A program made the translations under genes and the position numbers. 64,000 nt of DNA from a virus. Each line of letters opens with the position of its first letter. Within the stretch, counting starts at the first letter, position 1. Shown piece by piece: positions 47,201-56,125 of the stretch. The notes under the pieces were generated by a model. It did not search any database and had not been told where the DNA came from. It saw only the letters and a list, made by a program, of their open reading frames with translations. The DNA lies in IMG/VR virus record IMGVR_UViG_3300042922_000661, positions 31,174 through 95,173 of that record. One strand, given 5' to 3'.

Positions 47201-50200
47201 GCCGCCAGCAGCTCACCGCCCGCCTCACCCGGCAGCGCATGGGCCACCTGCTTCGCAAGCTCCAGATCTTCTTCGCGGAAACGGAACGTGATAGCGGAGC
47301 GATACAGGTCAGGATCGATAACCACCTTATCCATATCGCGGATAACGGAGAAAATGAAATCCTCTTCCTGCTGCACGATGGACATGGTGCCGTCGCCGTT
47401 ATCCTGCACGGTCTCCTTCTGCCCGATCCGGCTGGCACGCAGGCGAAGCTCTTCATAGAGTTCCTTCTGGTCACGCGTCATCGGCACGCCCACGGTTTTC
47501 TCGTCGAGACCTGGGATTTTCACGCTGTCTTTAACGTCAGCGGCAGACTTAAGCGTGGTCCAGCGGTGGAAGATGCCGCGCAGGCCATCAAGGTTTTTAA
47601 AGCCCACCAGCCCTTGCTTATCCTCGAGCTCGCCGGAAATTTTCTGCACCGTCACGGATTCGGTTTCGCCAAACACCCGCACGAAATCATCCGGCGTCAG
47701 GATCCCCATGGCCTTCCATTCATCCAGCGACACGACGTGTGACAGCATGTTGAAGGCGTCAATCGGGGAGTTAACCAGCGGGGTTGCAGTCAGCATAACG
47801 ACGCCGCGGCCGTTGTACTTTTTCATCATGTACTGGCTTTTGACGGCCATATCGCGGGCAATTTTGGATACGGAAGGATTAGGCAGGTAAGCCAGCTGGC
47901 CAGCCTCACGTCCGGCGCTGTGTGAGTTGCGGTAGTTATGCCCTTCATCTGCGATCACGCTGTCAAAGTGCATATCCTCAAAGTAGGGGATCTGGCTCTT
48001 TTTCTTCGTGCCGGTATCAGCAGCTTTGTCGCGGAGTTTATTACGGGACGTGGCGGCGCGGTGCGTGGACTTCATCAGATCCGTGCGGCCATTCTCAATC
48101 TGGTTAAAGACCGCCTGGCTGGAGTTTTCTTCAATCGTCTCCGGCCGCATCGGGATATCACCAAACTGCTCTTTGGTCATTACCACGGCGCGGTAGTTGG
48201 AGACCGGGATCATGTTCATCCGCTCAAGCACGGTTGCGGCCGCGGACTCTTTCACCACGTTACGCATCACCGGCTGGCCATCTTTATCCAGTTTCGGCTC
48301 GTTGTTCTCGTCGCGTTCCTGAGCCTGCATGATCTGGCCATCTTCGCCGCGCACTTCATCCAGGCCCACAAACAAGATGTTCTGGAAGGCCTCTGCGCTG
48401 TAGAAGCCCTGGGCTTCGTGATACCAGTTCTGGAGGACCGCTTTTGGCACGACATAGACGGTGCGCTTACTGCGGCCAACCTCATAGTTGTAGGCTTCCA
48501 GCGCCAGCGCCGTTGTGGTTTTACCCAGCCCTGTGCCAAAACCCATGATGCCGCGGCCGTCTTCAGACAGGCGCCGGACTTCCGCATTCTGGTAGCTCAG
48601 TGGGATGCGCTTACCGCTGATCTGCTGCAGTTGAAGCGAGGCAGACGAATGCTCAAATGGGACATAGCCGTTAAAGGCGTCGTTGTAGTCACTGACAACG
48701 CTTTCAACGTCCGGGTGCGTACGCAGCCAGTCATTGAAATGTGTCTCCAGCTCACTGATACGCTTCAGGTAGACGTTGGCATTAACCCCGCGAGGCTTTA
48801 CGCCGTTGAGGTAGTTTTCCAGCTGGTTGTAATAGCCGTCTTTGAAGCTGGCGCGCTTAAACTCGGTGACGCCACCCTTGCTGGTAACAGAGCGCACCTG
48901 ATAGCCAGAGAAAACGCCGTCTTTGCCTGAATAGTTATCTTCAGCCGTCAGGTAGCCGTTCTCGTTTTCCAGATCCTGGGTGTACTTAAAATCATCAAAG
49001 CCCTGCTCGATCAGGAACTCTTTGATCAGGCGACGGTCCAGCCAGCGGGCATTCAGGTTTACAGTAATGTCTTCAATCGGCGTGTGATTGCGCTTCTCTT
49101 TGATGGTCTCCAGCTGGCGGACATAGTTCGCCTTTACCGGACCGTCCGGCGCGTCGTCGATCAGCGCCGCCAGGCGGGAGACTTTACCGCGCACGTTTCC
49201 GCTGGTGGCTCGTGCCATCGGCATGATATTGCCGTTGCCATCGAGCGCAATCTCCGGGAAGCTCGCCAGGTGCGCCAGTAGCGCCTCGTCATCTTCCGGC
49301 AGCTGGCCAGTAAAAGCGGCACGGAAAGCGGCCAGCGCTACAGGAACCAGATCCACGTCGCTGAAAAGATGGGAAACAACTTGCTCCGGGCTGGCGAAAT
49401 CAACCGCAACGGCCTCGCTGCGGTCGATGGTGCCGTTAAGCAGCGCCGACAGATCGCCCTCGCGGCTGACATTAGCCTGGAAGCTCAGCCAGCCTTTCGC
49501 GCTGGCGTCTGACAGCCCTACCAGCTTCAGGCCTTTCGGCGTGCCGTACTGGCCCACTTCTTCGCTCACCAGACGCGCAGCGTCAGCAATAATGCCGCTG
49601 GCGTCACCGCCCAGCATCTGCGTATTAAGTGCATCATTGATGCGCAGGCCGATGATCGAGGCACGCATAACCCGCCAGCGGTGACCAGGCTTTTGCTGCA
49701 TGGCAAAGCGGATTGCCGCATGCGTGCGATCGTCAAACAGTTGGGGGTATTCCACGCTGGCGGCGTACAGGGCGCGGCTGTCCAGCGACAGCATGCCGTT
49801 GATGGTGCGCGTTTTCGTCTGCAGGTCGCCAAACGTGGCCGCGCCAAACCGATCCGCGTCGATACCGCTCGATGCCGTGGTGGCATCTTTAATAAACCGG
49901 GTGCCATCGTAGGTGTGCCAGACGCCTGCCATGAGACGCTTATCCCCCTCAACCGGCGACTGCCAGACGGCGGCAGGCGTACCCAACCGATCCCAGTCAA
50001 TACGGCTGTCAAAGCGGCGCGACAGCGCGGCCTTCATTGCCGCATTGGTCAGCTGGCCATCTTTCTTCACCACCAGAATGTTGTTGAAGTCAGATCGCTC
50101 AGTTTCACCGTGAACAAAGCGACGGCCTTCTGTTTCGAACCACTTACCGCGTATGAACGTTGGCCACAGCACGCTTGCCGCCTCAAGCGACTGTTCATCG

Positions 50201-51084
50201 CTATCATGCACCAGCTGCGTTAGTGCTTCGGTGTGCTTTCGCAGCACCCACACATCCACCACCGTTGCGGTACCGCTTTCGGCAAACGTGCCGGACGGCA
50301 TGCGGTGCGCGCCCAGGAACTCCGCCACGCGGGAAACGCGATCGCGCAGCTTTTTGTTGCCGCCGCCGCCGTCGGTCATGCCGTTGGGAACCACCAGCAC
50401 CACCAGCCCGCCATACTTCACCTTGTCGATGGTGCGCATCACAAAGTAATGGCCGACGTTGGTTTCATCACGGTAAGCAGGGTCGAGCTCCGCAAATCCG
50501 GTACGCGAGTCGCCAAACGGCACATTGCCAACGGCATGGTCATAGCTGTTATCCGGCACCGATGCCGCCAGCTTCTCGAACGCGCCCAGGCGAACATCAT
50601 CCTCCGGGTGCAGCAGCTTATTAATGCGCCCTGACGTGTCAGAGATCTCCGCTGACGTCATCATTGCGCCAGCTGGCTTAGTCTCCTGAAAAACGCCGGT
50701 ACCAGCGGACGGCTCCAGTACGTGACCACTGGTAATGCCGTAGTCGGAAAACAGATCCCAAATACCCTCTGCCATAAAAGGCGGCGTGTAATATTCGTAC
50801 TGACTGCCGCCGCTACCCTCTAGTCCGCCCTCACCGCTGTAACCCGCCAGTATCCGGCGCTGTTCGTCGGTCAGTTTGTTGCCGTCGAAACCCTGCGGCA
50901 GCGAATTAAGCAACTTGATCGCGTTATCGTTTGCACTACGGCGCTCACGCTGCAAGCTGACGCCTTCCCGCTTGGTTACGCCAAACGCCACGACGGTTCG
51001 CTGTTTGTGAAGGCGCATAACAAGCCTGATCAGCTCTTCAACCGATCCCGCCTCCTGTACCGCCCTGTTTCCTGGATTTTCCAC
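44215..51084 (-). CDS. darB: DarB antirestriction protein (methyltransferase + SNF2-like helicase)
   Basis: 2289 aa; LEPSAGTG and GNVPF MTase motifs; GTGLGKT, DEGH, TATP and QRNGRGAR helicase motifs. Confidence 0.93.
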   Translation of the reverse strand: MENPGNRAVQEAGSVEELIRLVMRLHKQRTVVAFGVTKREGVSLQRERRSANDNAIKLLNSLPQGFDGNKLTDEQRRILAGYSGEGGLEGSGGSQYEYYTPPFMAEGIWDLFSDYGITSGHVLEPSAGTGVFQETKPAGAMMTSAEISDTSGRINKLLHPEDDVRLGAFEKLAASVPDNSYDHAVGNVPFGDSRTGFAELDPAYRDETNVGHYFVMRTIDKVKYGGLVVLVVPNGMTDGGGGNKKLRDRVSRVAEFLGAHRMPSGTFAESGTATVVDVWVLRKHTEALTQLVHDSDEQSLEAASVLWPTFIRGKWFETEGRRFVHGETERSDFNNILVVKKDGQLTNAAMKAALSRRFDSRIDWDRLGTPAAVWQSPVEGDKRLMAGVWHTYDGTRFIKDATTASSGIDADRFGAATFGDLQTKTRTINGMLSLDSRALYAASVEYPQLFDDRTHAAIRFAMQQKPGHRWRVMRASIIGLRINDALNTQMLGGDASGIIADAARLVSEEVGQYGTPKGLKLVGLSDASAKGWLSFQANVSREGDLSALLNGTIDRSEAVAVDFASPEQVVSHLFSDVDLVPVALAAFRAAFTGQLPEDDEALLAHLASFPEIALDGNGNIMPMARATSGNVRGKVSRLAALIDDAPDGPVKANYVRQLETIKEKRNHTPIEDITVNLNARWLDRRLIKEFLIEQGFDDFKYTQDLENENGYLTAEDNYSGKDGVFSGYQVRSVTSKGGVTEFKRASFKDGYYNQLENYLNGVKPRGVNANVYLKRISELETHFNDWLRTHPDVESVVSDYNDAFNGYVPFEHSSASLQLQQISGKRIPLSYQNAEVRRLSEDGRGIMGFGTGLGKTTTALALEAYNYEVGRSKRTVYVVPKAVLQNWYHEAQGFYSAEAFQNILFVGLDEVRGEDGQIMQAQERDENNEPKLDKDGQPVMRNVVKESAAATVLERMNMIPVSNYRAVVMTKEQFGDIPMRPETIEENSSQAVFNQIENGRTDLMKSTHRAATSRNKLRDKAADTGTKKKSQIPYFEDMHFDSVIADEGHNYRNSHSAGREAGQLAYLPNPSVSKIARDMAVKSQYMMKKYNGRGVVMLTATPLVNSPIDAFNMLSHVVSLDEWKAMGILTPDDFVRVFGETESVTVQKISGELEDKQGLVGFKNLDGLRGIFHRWTTLKSAADVKDSVKIPGLDEKTVGVPMTRDQKELYEELRLRASRIGQKETVQDNGDGTMSIVQQEEDFIFSVIRDMDKVVIDPDLYRSAITFRFREEDLELAKQVAHALPGEAGGELLAADDEETAEDAETGLTDTSTSKVVKTTLKNRGGVVELVVSDTLEQQVLSAIAAAGISMQNVSHPVPPKYAALIENLKAGMPDGKQIIFMDEKSQHNKLRRIIASALGLKEQQIGVINATTVAKASGVKVKPVKKPVEPVEKADGSFKDGAWDKYYQELARYEDYQAALSDASLAGMEGIAADYNEGRTPIIICNKKAEVGINLHKGTADTHHLTLPWTPASIDQRNGRGARVGSERDTMRVHYYCGKGSFDEFRLETLQRKKNWINDVMKSDVSSIKNGDVESKEEQSLLLAANPEERRARVDAQLKAKRDAERQQAEREATAALDIYLKASVAAATPAEVLEENITRLSAAFDEINGDIDGLRETVTEAEAAYNLEVEKYGKRSADNWRGQDRRVARAELRDGLAKQKKLEQELNGARKALTRSKSAASTIKRSRGEVERAIKSGVLEVDPDVLRAPEQYMKLPDGQLVRIGACYEIWMSDDKQEKGVFQIRKFFPEKNTVEVELIHKPLRCYTGPNVGGFTEMPSALVGDRVDITTDQAKALQKAAKGIEPADLADTLSRADFYAAIHAGVLNVRTDGWLYRDNDGRLKLAYLSGVISASEERPAETWLYPDHSDEQMKRELYQYSVDNNIYAAQGFFKAMFGRNYDTALQAYGKQAGMEDVVKVFNKLVAEFEANDPAGRKVTGATDKEAHSAFLGAQSDRYYWSNSISVRQFRNGMEGFSNRKEYEGMFDQLRDAMADGKVQAIKTLTEQYAAAALQQFHQLEESDIQAGIATLLVKSKFDAFTGVDSAATVTESPAAVYLRAGVSLGALDESGISADTFTSSSTIKRLVSEVYAYLERIERGEYRDYATTWDDYKALMTGKLSAEEVKARREEASQRAAAAATTVRTEQAQKQSDGFQVMKNELELVASRKWKNRTFKIDFPAGGAYVLTDTSDKPVLKRKAVRDLIKEKYGAKFWNFEEDPVAGNEFTQAAWLIPSSHDLDALRNDIVNA

Positions 51085-51143
51085 TGTGTAACTTTTCCCC
51101 TGATTGCATAAAGCGAATAAGATTTAGTGGATTCTAAAGGTTT

Positions 51144-51164
51144 ATTAAATAGGACGTGTAACTT
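51144..51164 (-). promoter_or_regulatory. Putative late promoter of darB-ulx-lxc
   Basis: AAGTTACA-CGTCCTA-TTTAAT. Confidence 0.6.
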
Positions 51165-52861
51165 TGGCTACTGAAAAAAAGGCGTTGTCCGTTTTAGGCG
51201 CATTGAGGCAGGCATTCAGGGGTGCAGCCGCTGACACTACCCAAAGCCTCGCCTGGACTAACGGGCAAAATGTTGTGGTGTCCCGCTCCGGGCTGGCGGC
51301 TATGGCGTATAACGAAGGAAAGGCGGGAGAAATGACAACCGCCGGCGACAGTCTTTACCTGGGCGCGGAGCTGCCGCTGGACCGCCTGCAGCGTTACGCC
51401 ATTCTTGAGGAAATGGCTAACAGCCCAACATGCTCTGCCGCACTGAATATCCACATTGGCCACGCACTCGCCCCGGACAAAAAAACAGGGCTGGCGTTCT
51501 CTATCGTGCCTGTTGATCCATCGGACAAAGAAGGCGCAGCGCGAGCTAAAGAGTTGCAGGATGATTTGGGGGCGATGATCAACCGGCACCTGCCGTCACT
51601 CGCAATGACCATGGCTATTTTCGGCGTCTCCTACGTGCGCCCCTATGCCCGCTCCGGGAAAGGGATCACCAGTCTGGAAAACAGCTATTACTCGCTGCCT
51701 TACTTTGTGCAGGAGTTTTACAAAGGTGATCAGCTGGTAGGCTTTGGCGGGGATTACGTGCTGTCTCCGGATACGCATACCCGAACCCTATCAACGCCGT
51801 GGTCCCTGGTTCCAATGAAAAACCCGTACTGGACGCCCACGCGCAACGTGATGCCGGTGACGTCCGGAAACCGTGGTTATTCACTGCTTACAGAGGAAGA
51901 AGATAAGGAAGTAACGGAAACGCAGAATTACGGTACCAGCTTTCTCGCGCACGCTTACGAGCCCTTCCTCAATCTGGTAGGCGCACTGAATGCGCTAAAG
52001 GCCACGCGCTACAACGCCGCAAAAATTGACCGCCTGATTGCCCTCACCACCAATTCACTCGATCCCGTGGTAGGTGCAAATTACACCCGCACCGTGTCGC
52101 AGACGCTTAAACGCCACGGCGAAGCACTCCAGAAAAAAGCGGTGAACGGCAACACCATGCCAACCGTGATGAACCATGTGATACCAGTGATGGGCGACGG
52201 CAAAAATGGTATTACGATCGATACGCAGTCGATACCCGCTGACATTACCGGCATTGAAGATGTGATGTTCCACCTGCGCCAGCTGTGCGCCGCGCTCGGT
52301 ATTGATTCCACTATGCTTGGCTGGGCTGACCAAATGGCTGGCGGACTGGGAGAAGGCGGCTGGATACAGACGGCCATACAAGCGGCACTCCGGGCGCAGT
52401 GGCTGCGCCAGGGCGCGCAGGAAATGATTTATCGCCTGATCGATATCCACCTGGCCTTCAAATACGGCAAGGTGTATCCCGTAAATGATCGGCCCTACGC
52501 AGTGCAATTTAACTCCATGAACACCGCGATTCAGGAAGAAGAAAGCCGTGAACTGGACGCACGAGCCAACTTTATTACCCTGATGGTGCAGGTTATGGAT
52601 GCGTTACAGGCAAACAATAAGCTGGCTGAAAACGAAACGTTCATGCGCTACCTATTCAGCGATCAGCTGAAGATGGACGGCGGCACGCTGGATAAGATGC
52701 TTGCGGAGTTTGAGAAGGGCAGAAAGAAGGCGGACGCACAGCAAAATGAAGGTGGTGGCGGTGAGATGATGAATGAATCTGCACCTGACGCCGCCGATCC
52801 GGCCAGCTGGACGCATGATGAATTAGTTGAATTTGCCCGTTATGTAACATTTCCGAATTGA
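51164..52861 (+). CDS. prt: Portal protein
   Basis: 565 aa, divergent from darB as in P1; ADITGIEDV and GGLGEGG motifs. Confidence 0.85.
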   Translation: MATEKKALSVLGALRQAFRGAAADTTQSLAWTNGQNVVVSRSGLAAMAYNEGKAGEMTTAGDSLYLGAELPLDRLQRYAILEEMANSPTCSAALNIHIGHALAPDKKTGLAFSIVPVDPSDKEGAARAKELQDDLGAMINRHLPSLAMTMAIFGVSYVRPYARSGKGITSLENSYYSLPYFVQEFYKGDQLVGFGGDYVLSPDTHTRTLSTPWSLVPMKNPYWTPTRNVMPVTSGNRGYSLLTEEEDKEVTETQNYGTSFLAHAYEPFLNLVGALNALKATRYNAAKIDRLIALTTNSLDPVVGANYTRTVSQTLKRHGEALQKKAVNGNTMPTVMNHVIPVMGDGKNGITIDTQSIPADITGIEDVMFHLRQLCAALGIDSTMLGWADQMAGGLGEGGWIQTAIQAALRAQWLRQGAQEMIYRLIDIHLAFKYGKVYPVNDRPYAVQFNSMNTAIQEEESRELDARANFITLMVQVMDALQANNKLAENETFMRYLFSDQLKMDGGTLDKMLAEFEKGRKKADAQQNEGGGGEMMNESAPDAADPASWTHDELVEFARYVTFPN

Positions 52862-52914
52862 ATATGCTACTCCACCAGATATCAACTGGTGGAGTTAAGT
52901 TAAAATTAAATTTT

Positions 52915-53772
52915 TCAAAATCGCCCGTTACAAACATCTGAATTTTCCGCAATTGCTTTATACATAGCTCTTAGCGTTGAATTTGGAGGCACTTCGTTAG
53001 CCATGCTTGAATAATACTCAATGACTTCATCAGCATCGCCACTTTTCAATAACGTCCGAATATTTAATACAATCGAGGTAACAAATTGTGCAGCATTAAG
53101 TTTATACTTACTTTCTAAGTCATAACTTGAAAAGTGGATAATTGCGCGTCTTTTTTCAACATCAAGCCATCTATCCGGAGGGCTTGGAAAGAAGTGGAAA
53201 TTTAAAATCCCGTATTTTGATGTAATCGTAGCTTCAATCCAGTCTGATTTATAAAACTTGAGATCATCACCATAAGGGTATAGTGGTAGATCAGATGCTG
53301 ATGTGAATACTGGGTCTGATTTTCCGGTATTACAATCCTTACAGGCAGGAACAAGATTCCATGGATAAACAGAAAGAATAGGATAGTGGGCTTTTGGCAG
53401 ATAGTGATCTAGAGTAGTTGCTTGATTTATCCCACATAATGGGCACAGCCCGTGAGAGGATGCACGTAATTTATCGTAGATTTTTCTTGCATCTCTTCTG
53501 CCTTTAACCATATACCTTGTATAAAGCAATTTAAAATCACCTTTAGTGGCATTACCGGCAACTTTATACTGATCTAAAGGCGAAGGACATGGATTAAATA
53601 AATGAAAATGCATTGGATTTTTGCGCTCGTTAAAAATAACCCATTCTCTGTTCACTATATGTGAAACACTCAATAATCTATTTTTGTATGGTAGATCTCT
53701 ATCACCTATTGATAAAATACAGGTAGAAAACGCATCAGCCCCACCTAATGCCGGGAAATTTACTCTTTTCAT
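52915..53772 (-). CDS. HNH endonuclease (PtuB-like)
   Basis: CPLC...TLDHYLPK...NLVPACKDCN; AT-rich. Confidence 0.8.
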   Translation of the reverse strand: MKRVNFPALGGADAFSTCILSIGDRDLPYKNRLLSVSHIVNREWVIFNERKNPMHFHLFNPCPSPLDQYKVAGNATKGDFKLLYTRYMVKGRRDARKIYDKLRASSHGLCPLCGINQATTLDHYLPKAHYPILSVYPWNLVPACKDCNTGKSDPVFTSASDLPLYPYGDDLKFYKSDWIEATITSKYGILNFHFFPSPPDRWLDVEKRRAIIHFSSYDLESKYKLNAAQFVTSIVLNIRTLLKSGDADEVIEYYSSMANEVPPNSTLRAMYKAIAENSDVCNGRF

Positions 53773-55314
53773 TTAGATATCCTTTTTATTCTTTTTATTA
53801 TCCCTTAAATTCACCATGCTCATTAAAACTGCTTTTCCTTCAAATCCTATCTGCCCCTTAAAAGCCTTGATTATTTGCTCAAAGGATAAACCATCACTGA
53901 CAAACTTCTTAAATAACTTATGGTATCCGGAGCTCTCCATTTCAAGCTTAAATACTTCTTTTGTTAGCATACCAACGTTTTCGGCAAACGTTTCAATGGA
54001 AGGCCTTGAATAATCAGTAAAATCGCCATACCGAGTTAGAACCCAGCAACAACTTTTAGGAACCTCTTGGACGACGACAGGAGAATGTGTCGCGATAATT
54101 GCCACCCCGTTACGCCTGATTAGCAGATTACTCATTATTCTAACTAGAGCAGACAGCAAGGGCGGGTGCAAATGACTTTCAGGTTCATCAAACAATACTA
54201 AAGTTTTTTCTTGGAGTTTTTCAATTAGCATTGTAATAGTAATGAATACAATCGCATGGCCCGAACTCATTGACCGTAAGATAGTCAAGCATTCGTTGAC
54301 CAACTCTTTTGCAGGCAAGTTTACAAGACCTGTAATGCTAAGTTCTTTAAAGTTTTCATCGGACTCTAAATCAGTTATTGCTTCTATCCACATATCTTTT
54401 TTGGAGTCGTCAGCAAAACATTCATAAATCGACACTGAGCATTTAACATAGAGAGCCTCCATAAAGTCATGATATGAGGGCCTTATGGTTTCACCTGACG
54501 GTTTAAGCCCAATATAGTAAAAGCAAGTTCCTTTTGTTGGGTCATTTTGTTCTTTCAACGGATTGAAAGGATCAAATGCGCTGAATGCTATCGAAACAAC
54601 CGTACTGAAATAATCGTTAGATATCCTTTTTTCATTGAAGACATCATCAAAATAGCCTCCTTTAGAAATATCGCCCTTCATTATTGAGTCTATCATTTCA
54701 TTTAACAAGGTGGTTTTCCCCAACCCATTTCTGCCGATAATTGCATGTATATTTGTTGGCGGAAAAGATTCAGGCTCGACACTAAAGTCCAAATATAAAT
54801 CAGAATATCTCTTGCCCAGGCGCAAGAAACGAAAGTTGAATTCAGTCAACGGGCTATGACCGCTTAATATCCTCTTGAAATGATTCATAATGGTATTTAT
54901 ATTAACGTGCCTTAATAAAGACTTTATGAAAACGGGTTCATCTTGTGCAATTGCCATTGCCTTTTCATTTACAACAACACAATTAAGACTCTGCAACACG
55001 GTATTAGCAAAATCCCTACCCAACGCATAAAGATTGCTATAAAAATCAGGACTTTCTGCAAGACTGAAGAATTTTTCATCAAGCCTAACTGTTTGAGTCT
55101 GCATCTTACTCAGCGTTGGAGTATTTTCGTCTTGTCCTACAAATCCTATTTTTATTTGGCCTATTTCATGTATATTTCGATTCTCATCCATGTAAACCAT
55201 ATTAAAAAGAGTACGATAAGAATAGTCATTCCATTTTGAAAAGTTAAGATATATTGTATCTTCACTTTTAGTCCAATCTGCCATCCTTGTATCGGAGATA
55301 ATAAATCTAGCCAA
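53773..55314 (-). CDS. ABC/AAA ATPase (PtuA-like; Septu-type defence)
   Basis: GRNGLGKT, MSSG, LFDEPESHLHP and ATHSP motifs; abuts the HNH gene. Confidence 0.8.
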   Translation of the reverse strand: MARFIISDTRMADWTKSEDTIYLNFSKWNDYSYRTLFNMVYMDENRNIHEIGQIKIGFVGQDENTPTLSKMQTQTVRLDEKFFSLAESPDFYSNLYALGRDFANTVLQSLNCVVVNEKAMAIAQDEPVFIKSLLRHVNINTIMNHFKRILSGHSPLTEFNFRFLRLGKRYSDLYLDFSVEPESFPPTNIHAIIGRNGLGKTTLLNEMIDSIMKGDISKGGYFDDVFNEKRISNDYFSTVVSIAFSAFDPFNPLKEQNDPTKGTCFYYIGLKPSGETIRPSYHDFMEALYVKCSVSIYECFADDSKKDMWIEAITDLESDENFKELSITGLVNLPAKELVNECLTILRSMSSGHAIVFITITMLIEKLQEKTLVLFDEPESHLHPPLLSALVRIMSNLLIRRNGVAIIATHSPVVVQEVPKSCCWVLTRYGDFTDYSRPSIETFAENVGMLTKEVFKLEMESSGYHKLFKKFVSDGLSFEQIIKAFKGQIGFEGKAVLMSMVNLRDNKKNKKDI

Positions 55315-55439
55315 AGCAAACTCCTTTTATGTTAATTTTAAAACACTCATTAAATATATGTCTACCGTAAGAGCTTTTTATATATAAACTATGCGCTAGA
55401 TTTACGCACTCTTTTTAGAGCGAATTTAAGTAAGCAGTT

Positions 55440-55697
55440 TTATAAGTGTAAAACTATCCAATCACTGGCCCTTAGTTCTTCAATAGAGGGCATGAAAAAT
55501 GATAAACCGCCGCTTTCATCAATAATCAGAAGGTGTTCTTCTTCGATGTAAATGTGCCTAACTGTTTCACCCCACGTTTCTCTACGGCACATAACATTAT
55601 TTGAACCGCTAAGAAGTAACAATGCACGACTAAACTGCATAGTACTTTGTGGACTTGAAATAGAAAAATCATTACGAGTTAGGTCATTAATAACCAT
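55440..55697 (-). CDS. Small DUF2829/Tad2-like protein
   Basis: MQFSRALL...CRRETWG...FMPSIEELRASDW; AAGGGG RBS before the ATG at 55697. Confidence 0.6.
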   Translation of the reverse strand: MVINDLTRNDFSISSPQSTMQFSRALLLLSGSNNVMCRRETWGETVRHIYIEEEHLLIIDESGGLSFFMPSIEELRASDWIVLHL

Positions 55698-55735
55698 CTT
55701 AAAATAGCCCCTTGTACAGTAAAGAAGCGTCACTA

Positions 55736-55934
55736 CTGGAGGTTCCAATCTCCGGGTGGTGACGTTGACAGGGTTGGAACTACCGGCGTACGAGGAAACC
55801 GGCCTACCCGAAGGTAGCCCCGCCAACGCCACCATTGAAACATCTGGTAAATTCCAGACGTGGTGGCGCCGGAGGCACTAAGTGCCTCCTCGTACGTTCG
55901 GGGTTCCAATCCCGGCCACTGTTTATGCAGCGGC
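55736..55934 (-). ncRNA. C4-type antisense RNA with downstream target sites (ash/icd-like switch)
   Basis: Hairpins GCCGCTG..CAGTGGC and CGGG-ATTGGAAC-CCCG, then CGTACGAGG; complementary targets CCTCGTACG (55787-55795) and GTTCCAA (55774-55780); Ash-like peptide frame; promoter TTGAAT-16-TATAGT upstream. Confidence 0.75.
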
Positions 55935-56034
55935 GCGCACACTATATCCCCGACGCGGATAAATTCAATATTTCTAATATGAAATTATCCACTGGACATT
56001 AGTTCCAGCCAAAAAAAAGAATCGCTACCCCCCT

Positions 56035-56055
56035 AAATTACAACGTGTCTACCAT
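56035..56055 (+). promoter_or_regulatory. Putative late promoter of pro
   Basis: AAATTACA-ACGTGTC-TACCAT. Confidence 0.75.
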
Positions 56056-56125
56056 CCGTCCGCGCAGGCAACCGCCAGCGCTGCCGCCGCTTTGCGGGGT
56101 ATCACACAGCGATTACGAGGAAGAC

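Noticed and set aside
44281-50634. Many long plus-strand ORFs
   Set aside because: Antisense shadows of the GC-rich darB gene; the same applies to shadow ORFs over other core genes.
55440-55835. 131-aa Ash-Tad2 fusion protein
   Set aside because: The N-terminal part overlaps RNA target hairpins, and a good RBS supports an internal start at 55697. A fusion is not fully excluded.
52915-55934. Retron-Septu system, with the structured RNA as msr-msd
   Set aside because: No reverse transcriptase in the window, and the RNA has C4-type loop/target complementarity.
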